64,000 bases of DNA from an uncultured Bdellovibrionales bacterium (GCA_964384235.1 CAYLJX010000004.1:15916-79915); one strand, 5' to 3'. Positions 18,482 through 29,157 are shown, counted from the stretch's first letter. Numbers and translations are program-made. The notes: generated by a model from the letters alone, not told the origin.

Positions 18482-19705
18482 TCACTTGAAATCGATGTAC
18501 TTCCTCCCTTTCAGTCTGTCGGGGAAGTATTCCTGTTTCGTGTCTTCGGCGGTCTTGAAATCGGGAGTATATTTGTATCCTTTTCCGTATTCCAGTTCCT
18601 TCATAAGCTTCGTCGGGGCGTTGCGAAGGTGGAGCGGCACCGGTTCGTTGGGAAACTTCCGCACGTCGTCCTTGACCTGGCCGTAGGCGACATAGAGGGC
18701 GTTACTTTTCTTGGACTCGGCGAGATAGACGACCGCCTGGGCGAGATGTACCTCACATTCCGGCATACCGAGCATCTGACACGCCTGAAACGCCGCTACC
18801 GCCTGCGGCAGCGCGAACGAATTGGCCAGTCCGACATCCTCCGATGCGAAGCGCACCAGCCGACGTGCGACGTAGAGCGGATCCTCCCCTGCCTCGAGCA
18901 TCCGCCCGAGCCAGTAGAGCGCGGCATTCCCGTCGCCACCGCGCATGGATTTGTGCAGGGCCGAGATGATATTGTAGTGTTCCTCGCCGCCCTTGTCATA
19001 GAGGATGTGCGAGCGCTTCACCACCTGCTCGACGGAGCGCGTATCGATACGGTCATACTGGAGCGCACAGGCTTCCAGGGTATTGAGCGCCGTGCGCGCG
19101 TCGCCGCCGGACACCGCCGCGATGAAGGCGAGCGCCTCGTCATCGGCCGTCACGTCCTTTCCGAAATATTCCTGCGACTCAGCAAGCGCGCGCCGCAGAA
19201 GCGAGATGAGTGCCTTCTCGGAGTGTTTCTCAAGGACGAGCACACGCGTACGTGACAACAAGGCGGCGTTCACCTCGAAGCTCGGGTTCTCCGTCGTCGC
19301 CCCGATGAGAATGATCGTGCCACACTCCACGTGCGGCAGAAGCGCATCCTGCTGGGCCTTGTTCCAACGATGGATCTCATCGATGAAGAGGATGGATTTC
19401 CGACCGGCTTCCTTGTTGGCCGCGGCTTTTTCCAGAACGGATCGGAGATCCTTCACGCCGCTTCCCACGGCGGAGAGCTGGAAAAACTCCGCCTCGGTTT
19501 CTCGTGCGATGAGCAAAGCGAGCGTCGTCTTGCCGCTCCCGGGCGGTCCCCAGAAGAGAAGCGACGGTACACGATCCGAAGCGATCGCCTCGCGCAAAAA
19601 CGCCCCCTCACCGAGGATCTTCTCCTGTCCCAGAAATTCTTCCAGCACCTTCGGCCGCATCCGCTCCGCAAGCGGGATGCGCGTTTCATTTCGGTTATTC
19701 TTCAT
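18482..19705 (-). CDS. rarA: Replication-associated recombination protein A (AAA+)
   Basis: PLAERMRP, WGPPGSGKTT, FIDEIHR, GATTENPSF, ISALHKSMRG, VPLHLRNAPT. Confidence 0.96.
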   Translation of the reverse strand: MKNNRNETRIPLAERMRPKVLEEFLGQEKILGEGAFLREAIASDRVPSLLFWGPPGSGKTTLALLIARETEAEFFQLSAVGSGVKDLRSVLEKAAANKEAGRKSILFIDEIHRWNKAQQDALLPHVECGTIILIGATTENPSFEVNAALLSRTRVLVLEKHSEKALISLLRRALAESQEYFGKDVTADDEALAFIAAVSGGDARTALNTLEACALQYDRIDTRSVEQVVKRSHILYDKGGEEHYNIISALHKSMRGGDGNAALYWLGRMLEAGEDPLYVARRLVRFASEDVGLANSFALPQAVAAFQACQMLGMPECEVHLAQAVVYLAESKKSNALYVAYGQVKDDVRKFPNEPVPLHLRNAPTKLMKELEYGKGYKYTPDFKTAEDTKQEYFPDRLKGRKYIDFK

Positions 19706-19711
19706 AGCAGG

Positions 19712-19990
19712 CTATCCGGTTATTTGAAATCCCTTTTCATCCGGTATCGGTTCGATGAACTCGACTGAGATCTTTTTCACTCGTGAGAGACGCGGCCCCC
19801 GCATCATAAAGAGCACGAACTGCTCCGTCATCACCCGCTCTCCCTGCGCCTCGCACAGGACATCCTCCCCTTCGTTCTTCACCCAGCCCGAAAGACCGAG
19901 CGCATGAGCGATCTTCCGGGTCGTGTGACGGAAGAACACCTTCTGCACCCGGCCGCCGACGAGGATACGCATGCGGACGATGTGCGACAT
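19712..19990 (-). CDS. acyP: Acylphosphatase
   Basis: GRVQKVFFR...LGLSGWVKN. Confidence 0.85.
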   Translation of the reverse strand: MSHIVRMRILVGGRVQKVFFRHTTRKIAHALGLSGWVKNEGEDVLCEAQGERVMTEQFVLFMMRGPRLSRVKKISVEFIEPIPDEKGFQITG

Positions 19991-20037
19991 GGGAAAAGAT
20001 GTAAATACTTAAAGAGTGAGAGTGTATATTTACATTT

Positions 20038-20847
20038 TTAAATCTGTAGGGTGATCCCGATAGGACAGTGGTCCGAGCCGGTGACTTCGGGCAGGATGAA
20101 GGCGTCTTTGACATGCTTCCGCAGGCTCCCACTCACGAAGAAATAATCGATACGCCAACCGATATTCCGCGCCCGGGCATTGGCGAAATGGGACCACCAA
20201 GTGTAATACCCCGTTCCCTCGTGAAATATTCGGAAGGTGTCGACGAAACCGCTTGCTATTACCCTGTCGATGCCCTCGCGCTCCTCGTCCGTGAACCCGT
20301 GTTTCCCGACGTTGTCCTTGGGCCGGGCCAGATCGTCTTCCGTATGGGCCACGTTGAGGTCGCCGCAGAAGATGACGGGTTTTTTCTTTTCCAAATCCTT
20401 CACATAGGCGAGAAACGCCGGATCCCAATGCTGGTGACGAAGTTCCAACCGGCTCAGGTCCTCTTTGGAATTGGGCGTGTAGACCGTGACGACATAATAT
20501 TTCTCGAACTCAGCCGTGATGACGCGCCCTTCCCTGGCGGCATCGCGCGCCGCCCCGTCGATGAAACGGTACTTCTTGGAAAAATCGTCCGGATACCCGT
20601 TGATGACCGCGATCGGTTTCACCTTGGTAAAGATCGCCGTCCCGGAATACCCCTTCTTCTCGGCGGAGTTCCAATACTCCTCATAGCCGGAAAGATCGAT
20701 CTCCGCCTGCCCCTGAAGCGCCTTGGTTTCCTGGAGACACAGGATGTCCGGCCGGTATTTCTCGATGAACGGCAAAAAAAGACCTTTCCTATGCACGGCC
20801 CGGATGCCGTTGACATTCCAACACAAAAGCGTGAGCGGTTTGGACAT
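20038..20847 (-). CDS. xth: Exodeoxyribonuclease III / AP endonuclease
   Basis: WNVNGIRA, CLQETK, GYSG, GDLNVAH, GWRIDYF, SDHCP. Confidence 0.96.
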   Translation of the reverse strand: MSKPLTLLCWNVNGIRAVHRKGLFLPFIEKYRPDILCLQETKALQGQAEIDLSGYEEYWNSAEKKGYSGTAIFTKVKPIAVINGYPDDFSKKYRFIDGAARDAAREGRVITAEFEKYYVVTVYTPNSKEDLSRLELRHQHWDPAFLAYVKDLEKKKPVIFCGDLNVAHTEDDLARPKDNVGKHGFTDEEREGIDRVIASGFVDTFRIFHEGTGYYTWWSHFANARARNIGWRIDYFFVSGSLRKHVKDAFILPEVTGSDHCPIGITLQI

Positions 20848-20858
20848 ATGATTGAAGA

Positions 20859-20892
20859 AGTGAGTAGTGGGTAGTTGGTAGTGAGTAGTCTA
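20859..20892. repeat. Degenerate 7-mer array (GTAGTNN)
   Basis: gtagtgg gtagttg gtagtga gtagtct. Confidence 0.6.
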
Positions 20893-20985
20893 TGAAAACC
20901 AAGGGGGCATTCCCATTGTAGCGGCACGAGGAGAAAACAAAAAGGGCTAGCCGTACACGTACGCCTAGCCCCTGGCACTCTTTGA

Positions 20986-21225
20986 CTATTCGTCTAAGTG
21001 ACCCTGCAACTCCCCCAAGGTTCGGGGATTGTTAAGAGTCCGCAAATCCTCTCGGGCCTCTCTCCCTGTCAGTGCCTCCTGGAGACACCTCTGAATCTCA
21101 GCATCCAGGAGGAGACAGACGATACAACCTGCAATTGCCTGCCCCACGGGAAGATCGAGCCACATCGGCGCCGTCATGAAAAACAACAGCCCGATTGCCA
21201 CAGCAACCCAAGTATGGTCCTTCAT
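20986..21225 (-). CDS. Orphan small membrane protein
   Basis: 79 aa, two hydrophobic segments, GGAGG SD, consensus promoter upstream, hairpin downstream. Confidence 0.65.
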   Translation of the reverse strand: MKDHTWVAVAIGLLFFMTAPMWLDLPVGQAIAGCIVCLLLDAEIQRCLQEALTGREAREDLRTLNNPRTLGELQGHLDE

Positions 21226-21309
21226 GATGCGCCTCCACGAGATGTAGATAAAAGGAACCGTAGTCCCCCTATGCCGTAATCATACCACTTTTCATTACAG
21301 CAACCAAGT

Positions 21310-21338
21310 ATTATACTCCTAAAAACTCCCTCTGTCAA
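21310..21338 (-). promoter_or_regulatory. Perfect-consensus sigma70 promoter
   Basis: TTGACA-17 bp-TATAAT on the minus strand. Confidence 0.85.
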
Positions 21339-21462
21339 GGGTGATTGAGTATTTTTTGCTTTATAAAAGCCATTTTTAAGGAAAAGTAAAGCCGGCAAGT
21401 GGGTACTTGTCGGCAGGAAAGAGAAAAATGGACGTTGTCCCTCTTCCTCAAATGCTGTCTGG

Positions 21463-21933
21463 TCAGTGCAGCGACGGCTCGCGATGAAAATCTTCGGGGT
21501 AAATATTGAACAGCGCACCCCTCGACTGCAATCCCCAGGCCCGCTTTGCGATGCGAACAAACAATCTGAACTCGTCCGGATGCTGTTTTTGAAAAAGCTT
21601 CAGTATCTCTACACCGAGTTTCGGAGACACGTAGGATACGCGCTGATGAGGTATTCTGGCACGCGACCCCCCATTCCGATACCACCACGATGTCGTCTCT
21701 TTTGGAAACCCTCTCTCGGCCAGGGTTTTCAAGAGATCCTCCTTGAAAGTAAATTTCAGTACGAAATCATCTATCCTTCCATCCTCACCACGGCGCCAGC
21801 TACCCCTGAACCGGACGATATCGAACAGGCTGCCGATGCACGGCACCCGATTGTCTTCGGACGATGAAACACCTACAGCATAATTGCGTCCAAGAACCAA
21901 AACCCTCCCTTTCTGTATTGAAATATCCGTCAT
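21463..21933 (-). CDS. Orphan protein (156 aa)
   Basis: GAGGAG SD before ATG 21933; TATAAT at 22018-23. Confidence 0.6.
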   Translation of the reverse strand: MTDISIQKGRVLVLGRNYAVGVSSSEDNRVPCIGSLFDIVRFRGSWRRGEDGRIDDFVLKFTFKEDLLKTLAERGFPKETTSWWYRNGGSRARIPHQRVSYVSPKLGVEILKLFQKQHPDEFRLFVRIAKRAWGLQSRGALFNIYPEDFHREPSLH

Positions 21934-22067
21934 GCGGTCTCTCCTCTCTGTCAGGAAAATTTTCAGGCTTGTTTTGTTAAAGGCCTTTTTTGGGTCCGTA
22001 TATACAGACTCCCAAATATTATACACCGTATCATGATATTTTCTTCACCCCTACCGCTTCGACAGCC

Positions 22068-23225
22068 TTACTGACCAGAAAACCCCTTGAATGTCACGGC
22101 GTCAAGCTCCCGGAAGCGACGCTGCTTCTCCTCGATCGGCACGTCGTCTTGCATCCCCTTGGTCGCGGCTGTTCCGGGCCGAGGTGAATACCAGGCGATA
22201 AAGGCTTTCTCGAAATCGACGCGTTTAGCCAAGTCGATCGTCTCCTCGAACTGCTCCCTCGTCTCTCCAGGAAACCCGACGATGATATCCGTCGTAAACC
22301 GCGCGTCAGGGACACAGGCACGGATCTTGTCGACGAGCGCCATGTATTCCTCACGTGTGTACCAGCGGTTCATCCGCTTGAGCACCTCGTCGCTCCCTGC
22401 CTGGATAGGCAGGTGGAGCAGACGGTCGATATTCGGATATTTCGCGATCACATCGATGAGCTCGTCGGAAAAGTCCCATGGGTTGGAAGAGATGAAGGAA
22501 ACTTTTTTCAGTCCCTTGATCTGTGCGACACGCTCCAGGAGATACGGGAAGAGCGTCGGGATACGGTGACGGTTGAGGTGTTTCACCATGACGGGCTTCA
22601 CCTTCTTTCCGTCAGGCAAGACATACTCCCCACCTTCCTTCAAAGTGCCTAAGAGAAAGTCCGCGCCGTACGAATTGACGTTCTGACCGAGGAGCATCAC
22701 TTCCTCATAGCCCTCCCCGGCCACACGCTCCGCTTCGGCGACGATCTCCTCGAACGAACGCGAGCGTTCCTTTCCGCGGGAGAACGGCACGATACAGAAG
22801 GCGCAGTAGTTGTTGCAGCCGTTGGAGATGACGATGGACGCTATCTTCCCCTTGGCACGTCTCGGCTCGTGCTCGAAGCCGACATCCTCCATGGGGAGAA
22901 ACTCAACATCTGGGAGCCGCGCCTGCATGCGCTTCATCATCTTGCCATCCGGGACGCGGGCCGCCGCTCCCACGAGACAGCCCGTCACGACGATGTGCTG
23001 CTTCCGGCCGGTTTTCCCGAGCCTCAGACGGATATTCTTGACGAGACCGTAGACCTTTTCCTCCGCCCGATCACGCACCACGCAGGTATTGAGGATGACC
23101 GTATCCGCCTCCTCCATCGTCTCGGCCCGCCCGAAGCCGCGCGCCTCATACAGGCTCGCGATCCGCTCCGAATCCGCCACGTTCTGCTGACACCCGAACG
23201 TCTTGATGAAATATTTCTGAGACAT
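22068..23225 (-). CDS. miaB: MiaB-like radical SAM methylthiotransferase lacking a TRAM domain
   Basis: TFGCQQN, NTC, GCNNYCAFCIVP, LGQNVNSYG, DIIVGFPGET. Confidence 0.88.
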   Translation of the reverse strand: MSQKYFIKTFGCQQNVADSERIASLYEARGFGRAETMEEADTVILNTCVVRDRAEEKVYGLVKNIRLRLGKTGRKQHIVVTGCLVGAAARVPDGKMMKRMQARLPDVEFLPMEDVGFEHEPRRAKGKIASIVISNGCNNYCAFCIVPFSRGKERSRSFEEIVAEAERVAGEGYEEVMLLGQNVNSYGADFLLGTLKEGGEYVLPDGKKVKPVMVKHLNRHRIPTLFPYLLERVAQIKGLKKVSFISSNPWDFSDELIDVIAKYPNIDRLLHLPIQAGSDEVLKRMNRWYTREEYMALVDKIRACVPDARFTTDIIVGFPGETREQFEETIDLAKRVDFEKAFIAWYSPRPGTAATKGMQDDVPIEEKQRRFRELDAVTFKGFSGQ

Positions 23226-23230
23226 ATTCT

Positions 23231-24277
23231 TTATGCCTTGTTTTTTTCTACAATTAACTGTCCGCAGGCGGCAGCAATATCGTCCCCCATGGTGCGGCGG
23301 CGGGTCACCGTCACTCCCGCCGTTTCGAGTCGTTCCTGGAACCTCGCAAAATCCCCTGGCAGACTGTCACGGTAGACCGCTCCGGTGAAATTGTACGGGA
23401 TGAGGTTGATACGGACCTTCCCGACTTTTCTCGCGAATTTGATAAGTGCCTGCGCATGCATCTCGGTATCGTTCACCTTGGAGAGCATGACGTACTCAAA
23501 GGTGAGGTGTCGGCGGCGACTGTCGAACTTCTCGAAATAGTCGGCAGTCCACGCGGCGAGCACGTCGAGGAAACCGTCATACGAACTCGGCATCATGCGC
23601 TTCCTGGTATCATTGTCCGCGCTGTGAAGCGACACCGCGAGACGCACCGGCGGCCAGTCCGGGTCATTGAGAAGTTTCTTGAGCATCGGCACGAGCCCTA
23701 CCGTCGAGACCGTGATGCGCGTCGCCCCGATATCGGTATGCGCGAGGATGGTTTTGATCACCTCTTTGACATTGTCATAGTTGGCCAAGGGTTCCCCCAT
23801 CCCCATGAAGACGATGTTACTGATGCGCTGCGGCAATTTCGGATGTTCCCGCAGGAAAATATTCCAAAATCTGTACTGATCGACGATCTCGTCGGAAGAG
23901 AGATTCCTCGTGAAGCCCATCGTACCGGTCGCACAGAACGTACAGGCCATGGCACACCCGACCTGTGACGACACGCAGACCGTCCACTGACCGCGGGCAT
24001 TTTGCATGAGCACCGTCTCGACACGCTTGCCGTCAGAGAGTTCGACTATCGCCTTGTAGGTGTCTTTCTTCTTGCTTTCGAGGATATGTGCCGGCCGAAC
24101 GGACAGCCACGGCAGTTCTTTGGCGAGCGTCTCGCGCATGGACTTCGGCATCACCGTCACATCGGAAAAACCGCCGAAGCTTTCCGAAAACAAAGCTTCC
24201 TCCATCTGCCTGAGACGGAATGCAGGAGCATCAGGAAAAAGATTCCGGAACTGCGCCCGGCGGGTAAGAGGTATCAT
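23231..24277 (-). CDS. rlmN: 23S rRNA/tRNA m2A methyltransferase RlmN
   Basis: CVSSQVGCAMACTFCATG, MGMGEP, SLH, NLIPYN, DIAAACGQL. Confidence 0.95.
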   Translation of the reverse strand: MIPLTRRAQFRNLFPDAPAFRLRQMEEALFSESFGGFSDVTVMPKSMRETLAKELPWLSVRPAHILESKKKDTYKAIVELSDGKRVETVLMQNARGQWTVCVSSQVGCAMACTFCATGTMGFTRNLSSDEIVDQYRFWNIFLREHPKLPQRISNIVFMGMGEPLANYDNVKEVIKTILAHTDIGATRITVSTVGLVPMLKKLLNDPDWPPVRLAVSLHSADNDTRKRMMPSSYDGFLDVLAAWTADYFEKFDSRRRHLTFEYVMLSKVNDTEMHAQALIKFARKVGKVRINLIPYNFTGAVYRDSLPGDFARFQERLETAGVTVTRRRTMGDDIAAACGQLIVEKNKA

Positions 24278-24326
24278 AGTCCCGATACTCTACCACGAAG
24301 ATGAGCGGATGTCCACCCGCCCCCTG

Positions 24327-24638
24327 TCACCGGAAGATATCCCGCTTCACCGAAAAGTCCTCCTTGTAGGAATCCTCGCGGGCCTTCAGCCGTTCCACGA
24401 TGTCCTGGAACTGGACTTCCTTGAAGTGCGTCTCCTTGACGTACGAGTCGAGATATTTCTTCTTCTCCTCCTCGCTCCACTGGTAGCGATAGAGGCTCTG
24501 ATACCAGTTCCATCCCCCCATCCCGAGCACGACCAGAAACAGGAAGAAAAAGAGAATCTTGTAATTCCGGTACCATGCGGAGAGCCACTCCCGCGAAGAG
24601 AAATATTTTTTCCAGTTCCTAAACGATGAGAGTTCCAT
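24327..24638 (-). CDS. Small single-TM protein at the end of the pil operon
   Basis: 103 aa, one TM helix, co-oriented directly after pilO. Confidence 0.7.
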   Translation of the reverse strand: MELSSFRNWKKYFSSREWLSAWYRNYKILFFFLFLVVLGMGGWNWYQSLYRYQWSEEEKKKYLDSYVKETHFKEVQFQDIVERLKAREDSYKEDFSVKRDIFR

Positions 24639-24649
24639 AAGACATCCGG

Positions 24650-25384
24650 CTATTCATTGGTTTTTTCGAGATAAACGACCGTTTCCAAGACCGCTTCCAA
24701 TCTCGCCTGCGGCGCCGATACGGATGCCGAGGCCTCGGTCCCCGAAGACGAGAACGGGTTTACCCCGCTTCCGACCGGCAGATCGGCCCGTTGTTCGCGG
24801 CTTTCCCCCTGCTGCAAGGAAACCGAGACGACATCGAGCGCGACCGGCAATTTCTCGAGTTTGTGAAGGAACGAGAGGACGTCGCGATACTCGCCGGTCA
24901 GACGGATGGAGAGCGAAAGATACGGATTGAACGGCAGGTTGCCGAGAATGGACATGTCTTTCTTTTCCTGGGCAGCGGTCGCTTCTGCGGCATCGCCCTC
25001 ATTCGCCGGTTTCGCGGCGGGCTTTTTCTTGGCCGGAGCCATGCTCATACTGTCTCCCTTGGATTCGATGGCGATCGCTACCTCCGTATCCGCCGCCACA
25101 CCCTCGAGGGTCTTGACGAAATCGACGATGCGATCCTTGGAAACGAGGATATTGAGCTTCGCCTCGTCCTTGGCGATACTCTCGAACTGGTCGCGAAGCT
25201 CCGGCAGGGTCTGGATCTGTCGCTCACGGTATTCGCGGTTGGCATGGAACTTCTGGATATCGTCCATTTTCCCTTTCAGGACGGCCTGAAGCGGCAGGAT
25301 GCCGTACCAGAGGATGGCTCCCATCCCGATGACGAGGACGCCCATGAGGACGGCCGGGATATGTTTCTTGTACTCGGTATTCAT
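24650..25384 (-). CDS. pilO: PilO-like pilus assembly protein
   Basis: TM plus coiled coil; GEYRDVLSFLHKLEKLP; follows pilN; start at ATG 25384. Confidence 0.75.
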   Translation of the reverse strand: MNTEYKKHIPAVLMGVLVIGMGAILWYGILPLQAVLKGKMDDIQKFHANREYRERQIQTLPELRDQFESIAKDEAKLNILVSKDRIVDFVKTLEGVAADTEVAIAIESKGDSMSMAPAKKKPAAKPANEGDAAEATAAQEKKDMSILGNLPFNPYLSLSIRLTGEYRDVLSFLHKLEKLPVALDVVSVSLQQGESREQRADLPVGSGVNPFSSSGTEASASVSAPQARLEAVLETVVYLEKTNE

Positions 25385-25944
25385 AGTCCGTTCTTCTTGA
25401 GACACTCCTGTTTCAGCGTGAAGTCGACCTGGAACTCCACGTCCTTCTGCGAGAACAGGTTCGAGATCGGCACGTTGACACCGGCGACACACGGGAGATC
25501 CTTCAGGCGGTCTTCGAAGAGGAGCAGGTCGTCGCGTGTCTTGGCATTGCCGGAAAGCAGTACCGTATAGTCCTTGGTCGAAAGACGATCGAGACGGACG
25601 TCTTCCGGAAGCGTCTCGTCCAGCAGGAGAAAGATCTCCGAAAAAAGCAGATGGTTGCGGTCGATCTGCGAAACGACCGCGATGCGTTCGTTGGTCTCCC
25701 GGAATTTCCGCTCGTACTGGTCGAGCGACCGCCCCTCCTGATAGAAAGATCCCTCGGCAGCACCCATCATCTCCAGGTTCTTGGCCTGGACATCCAGGAT
25801 GAGATAGATCCCGACGAGGATGCTCACATAGAAGAGCTCCAGCATGAGGAGGAGGAACACCTGCCAGAGAAGAAAACGGAAACGCAGCCTCCGCTGGAGG
25901 ATACCTTTCTCTTCTTCCGGCAACAGATTAAGCAAAGTCTTCAT
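25381..25944 (-). CDS. pilN: PilN-like pilus assembly protein
   Basis: LNLLP motif, TM helix, LPEDV..., SGNAKTRDDL. Confidence 0.85.
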   Translation of the reverse strand: MKTLLNLLPEEEKGILQRRLRFRFLLWQVFLLLMLELFYVSILVGIYLILDVQAKNLEMMGAAEGSFYQEGRSLDQYERKFRETNERIAVVSQIDRNHLLFSEIFLLLDETLPEDVRLDRLSTKDYTVLLSGNAKTRDDLLLFEDRLKDLPCVAGVNVPISNLFSQKDVEFQVDFTLKQECLKKNGL

Positions 25945-27019
25945 ATTCGTCCAAACCTCTTAGCGCGAGACCGATAGCCGTCGAATACTGCACCGAACGC
26001 TTGCGGTCGATGAGCGGAAGCGTCTTGCCGAGACGGACATTCACCCACGGATTGCCGAACTCGATGGGCCGTCCGAGACGCCGCGACAGGTACGGGAGCA
26101 ACCCGTTCATGTTCGCGCCGCCGCCGCACAGGATGATGGAATCGACCCCTTCCGAATACCCGAGATTGTTGAGATAGAAGTCGATCGATTTCTCGACTTC
26201 CACCGCGAGATTTTCCAGGACCGGCTGGGCCGCCTTGAGCACCGGACTCTTCATGGCAAGCGACCCCAGACCCTGCTTGATCTTGATGGCCTCGGCTTCC
26301 TGGAACGAGATGTGCAGTTCCTTGGAAATGGCGTCCGTAATCATCTGCGACGAGAGCGGCACGCTCGACGTGAAACACGGCGTGCTCCCCACCGAGATGA
26401 GGAAGCTCGACCGACGGTCGCCGATATCGACGATGAGCGTGGTATTCTTCTCCTTCTCCTCGGGCAAAAGACTTCTCGCCTGCGCGATGGACTCGGTCTC
26501 GAGACCCACCACTTCCAGACCGGCACTCTCGAGCACCGCCTGGAACTGATCGACGACGCTCCGCGCCACCGCCACGACGAGCACGTTGAGTTTCTTGTCC
26601 TGGGTCAACGTGAAGTCGAGCACCTGATAATCATAGTACACCTGGTCGAGCGTGAGCGGGATGTTCGCCTCGATCTCCCACTTGATCGCCTCCTTCACTT
26701 CGTCCTCGGCCATCGCCGGCAGCTTGATGACACGCAGGAACGCCTTCGTCTCAGGAAGGGAACACATCACTTTTCTGGTTTTCAGTTTCTTCGGTCCGGA
26801 CATCTTGAGGAGCTTGACGATGGCGTCGCGCACCGCGTCCGCATTGACGATCTCCCCGTCCACCACGCTCCCCTGGGCGAGCGGCACCGAGCCGAAACTC
26901 ACGAGACTGTCCTTCTTGCCTTCGCGGTCCAGCCAGACGAGCTTGATCGACAAGTCGCTCAAGTCCAATCCGAACGATCCCGGAAACAGGTCGAAGATTT
27001 TTTTCTGCAGAAAGCTCAT
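25928..27019 (-). CDS. pilM: Type IV pilus assembly protein PilM
   Basis: FGLDLSDLSIKLV, IVDIG, LCGGGA, AIGLALR. Confidence 0.93.
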   Translation of the reverse strand: MSFLQKKIFDLFPGSFGLDLSDLSIKLVWLDREGKKDSLVSFGSVPLAQGSVVDGEIVNADAVRDAIVKLLKMSGPKKLKTRKVMCSLPETKAFLRVIKLPAMAEDEVKEAIKWEIEANIPLTLDQVYYDYQVLDFTLTQDKKLNVLVVAVARSVVDQFQAVLESAGLEVVGLETESIAQARSLLPEEKEKNTTLIVDIGDRRSSFLISVGSTPCFTSSVPLSSQMITDAISKELHISFQEAEAIKIKQGLGSLAMKSPVLKAAQPVLENLAVEVEKSIDFYLNNLGYSEGVDSIILCGGGANMNGLLPYLSRRLGRPIEFGNPWVNVRLGKTLPLIDRKRSVQYSTAIGLALRGLDEYEDFA

Positions 27020-27060
27020 TTTGTTTTTCCTCCTTTTTTTCCTTCTTATTGTATCATACC

Positions 27061-27130
27061 CTCCCCTTCATCCTCTCGTCTCCCCTCTCCTCCCTCCTCA
27101 TTCCTGTCTCCTACTTCCTATCTCCTACCT
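27061..27130. repeat. Pyrimidine-rich degenerate 7-mer array
   Basis: tcctgtc tcctact tcctatc tcctacc. Confidence 0.5.
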
Positions 27131-28531
27131 TTCCTCCCACAGGTCCATCTCGTACTGCGTCCCGGTGGGGAAGAACGGCGGCGGACAGTACAGGAGATTA
27201 TTGTCATAGGAGAGATTGCGCGTGGCATATCCGGTCCCGTCCGTCCAGGCGAATCCGTACCGCTGGTTGGTCGCGATCGCGCCGTAGACGGTGATGACGC
27301 TTTTCGTTATCCCTCCGCTATAGTGCGCCCGTCCGACACGCCCGGTCTGAGCCAGGAGCGCACCGTCGATCCGCAGATCGTCTTCGCTTCCCTTGTATAT
27401 CTCTATATCGTCCTGCCCGATGATACCGACGACGTCCGGGCAATCATTGCCGGTGATGTCGTAGTCGGTATAGCGGATGTCCTTGCCGATGTAGATACTC
27501 TTGAGCGATGACGAAATGAGATTGGCCGCCACGATCGTCACCCGCTTGTCACTCACCGTCCCCTCGAGCCAGACGTTGTTCTCGACGAAGATGACCCCCT
27601 CATCAGGAATGGTGTAGGTCGACCAGCCGCCCTGATAGTTGTTGATCTCGTTGGTAGAGGAGACGAAACTCCGCACCGTCCGGATACTGAACGTACCGTC
27701 GGCATTGAGAATGATATGCCGTCCCTGGTGCACATTGTCAAAATAGAGACTCCCGTTCGTTCCGGCCTGGGCCTCGCTCTTGATATAGGAAAGATCGCCG
27801 AGCACCCCGTTGAAGTCGGTCGAGGCGACCGGAAAGGTCCGTCCGCTCTCGAAGACGTCCGGGCGGTCCGGAACGGCCGTCGGAGGCAGAGGATCGGTCG
27901 GACTGTCATGCGTATGCACGCCGAACTCGTTCCCGCCGGTATGATCCTGATCGTTGTAGTCCGAGACGGCGCTTGAGACGACGTTGTGCGCCAACCCGTC
28001 GAACCGGATGCCCTGGTTGGAATGGATCTTGCCGAAGACTTCCGTCCCTGCCCCGAAACGGAGGTAATCATTGGCGAGCACGATATGCTCGCTCCAGGCC
28101 GGTTTGCGCAGACGCACCTCGATGATACGCGTCACGTCCGGATACCGGTAGGTCCAGCCGGTCGCCCTGACGATGACCACCGACGACCCCGTCGGCGGCG
28201 GGGTCACTTCGAGCCGGTACTTGCCGATAGCGCTTCCTCCCGGATCCTGGTATTCCACCTCATAGGGCGTGGCGACACCGTAGGGATTGCCCGTCTCCCA
28301 GAAATCAGCCACCTGCTGCGCGGTGCGGCCCTCCACCTGGTGCGCCAGGTACCAGCGGTAGAAATGGATGCCGGACTCCGCGATCTGGAAGGCCTGTTCC
28401 CTGGCGTGCACCGTGAGGGCATACTTGGTCTGCGACGCGATAAAGCTCACGATGGCCGTCAGGATGATCGCCACCATCGTCATGATGATGATCCCGTACG
28501 GCAGGATGGATCCCTTGAGCGCTCTATTCAT
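27125..28531 (-). CDS. PilX-like minor pilin
   Basis: KG/SILPYGII prepilin-like start, AFQIAESG, C-terminal PPPFFP; start at ATG 28531. Confidence 0.8.
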   Translation of the reverse strand: MNRALKGSILPYGIIIMTMVAIILTAIVSFIASQTKYALTVHAREQAFQIAESGIHFYRWYLAHQVEGRTAQQVADFWETGNPYGVATPYEVEYQDPGGSAIGKYRLEVTPPPTGSSVVIVRATGWTYRYPDVTRIIEVRLRKPAWSEHIVLANDYLRFGAGTEVFGKIHSNQGIRFDGLAHNVVSSAVSDYNDQDHTGGNEFGVHTHDSPTDPLPPTAVPDRPDVFESGRTFPVASTDFNGVLGDLSYIKSEAQAGTNGSLYFDNVHQGRHIILNADGTFSIRTVRSFVSSTNEINNYQGGWSTYTIPDEGVIFVENNVWLEGTVSDKRVTIVAANLISSSLKSIYIGKDIRYTDYDITGNDCPDVVGIIGQDDIEIYKGSEDDLRIDGALLAQTGRVGRAHYSGGITKSVITVYGAIATNQRYGFAWTDGTGYATRNLSYDNNLLYCPPPFFPTGTQYEMDLWEER

Positions 28532-29156
28532 AGAGATGGAGGTTACGTAGGTCGACAAAAGACTCGATATTGACGTTGTTCGGGGCGCGCACCGGATCGA
28601 TGTTGACGAGGAGGTGCACCTTGACCAGCTGGATGTTGCCGACGCTCGTCGGCGTGGCAAGCGGATTGTTCACCGTATCGCCGGGATAATCGTCGTTGTA
28701 ATAGTAGAACACCGGGTCGTCGCTCTCGTTCACGATATACTCGGCCATGACGGTGACGGACTGGTCGCCGGCAGGATAACTGGGCGGGACCGAGCTGTCC
28801 GGTTCGGTCACGCCGACCTTCAGCTGATCGGTGGCAAGGTCGAGGAAATAGTGCACCCGTTCCGTCACACCGTCGTCATCGATATCGATATAGGCCGTCA
28901 GGTCGAAATCGTCCGCGGACTCGACGGGGTAGTCCCCGTTGTCCGCCTGCTTCGTCCCGCGGAGACCGATGACGACTTTGTTCGTCGCGCGCGAGGCCGT
29001 GGCCGAGGCCATGCCTTCCTCGAGGATGAACTTGTTGGCATCCCAGGTCCGGACGAAGAGCAGCGTGAATCCCTCCATGGCGATGAGTGCCACCGAGATG
29101 GCGACAAGCATCTCCATGAGCGTCATCCCCTTCAGTCGTTTTCGTGAGACAGGCAT
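28524..29156 (-). CDS. Prepilin-type minor pilin (PilW-like)
   Basis: KG/MTLMEMLVAI N-methylation motif. Confidence 0.85.
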   Translation of the reverse strand: MPVSRKRLKGMTLMEMLVAISVALIAMEGFTLLFVRTWDANKFILEEGMASATASRATNKVVIGLRGTKQADNGDYPVESADDFDLTAYIDIDDDGVTERVHYFLDLATDQLKVGVTEPDSSVPPSYPAGDQSVTVMAEYIVNESDDPVFYYYNDDYPGDTVNNPLATPTSVGNIQLVKVHLLVNIDPVRAPNNVNIESFVDLRNLHLYE

Positions 29157-29157
29157 A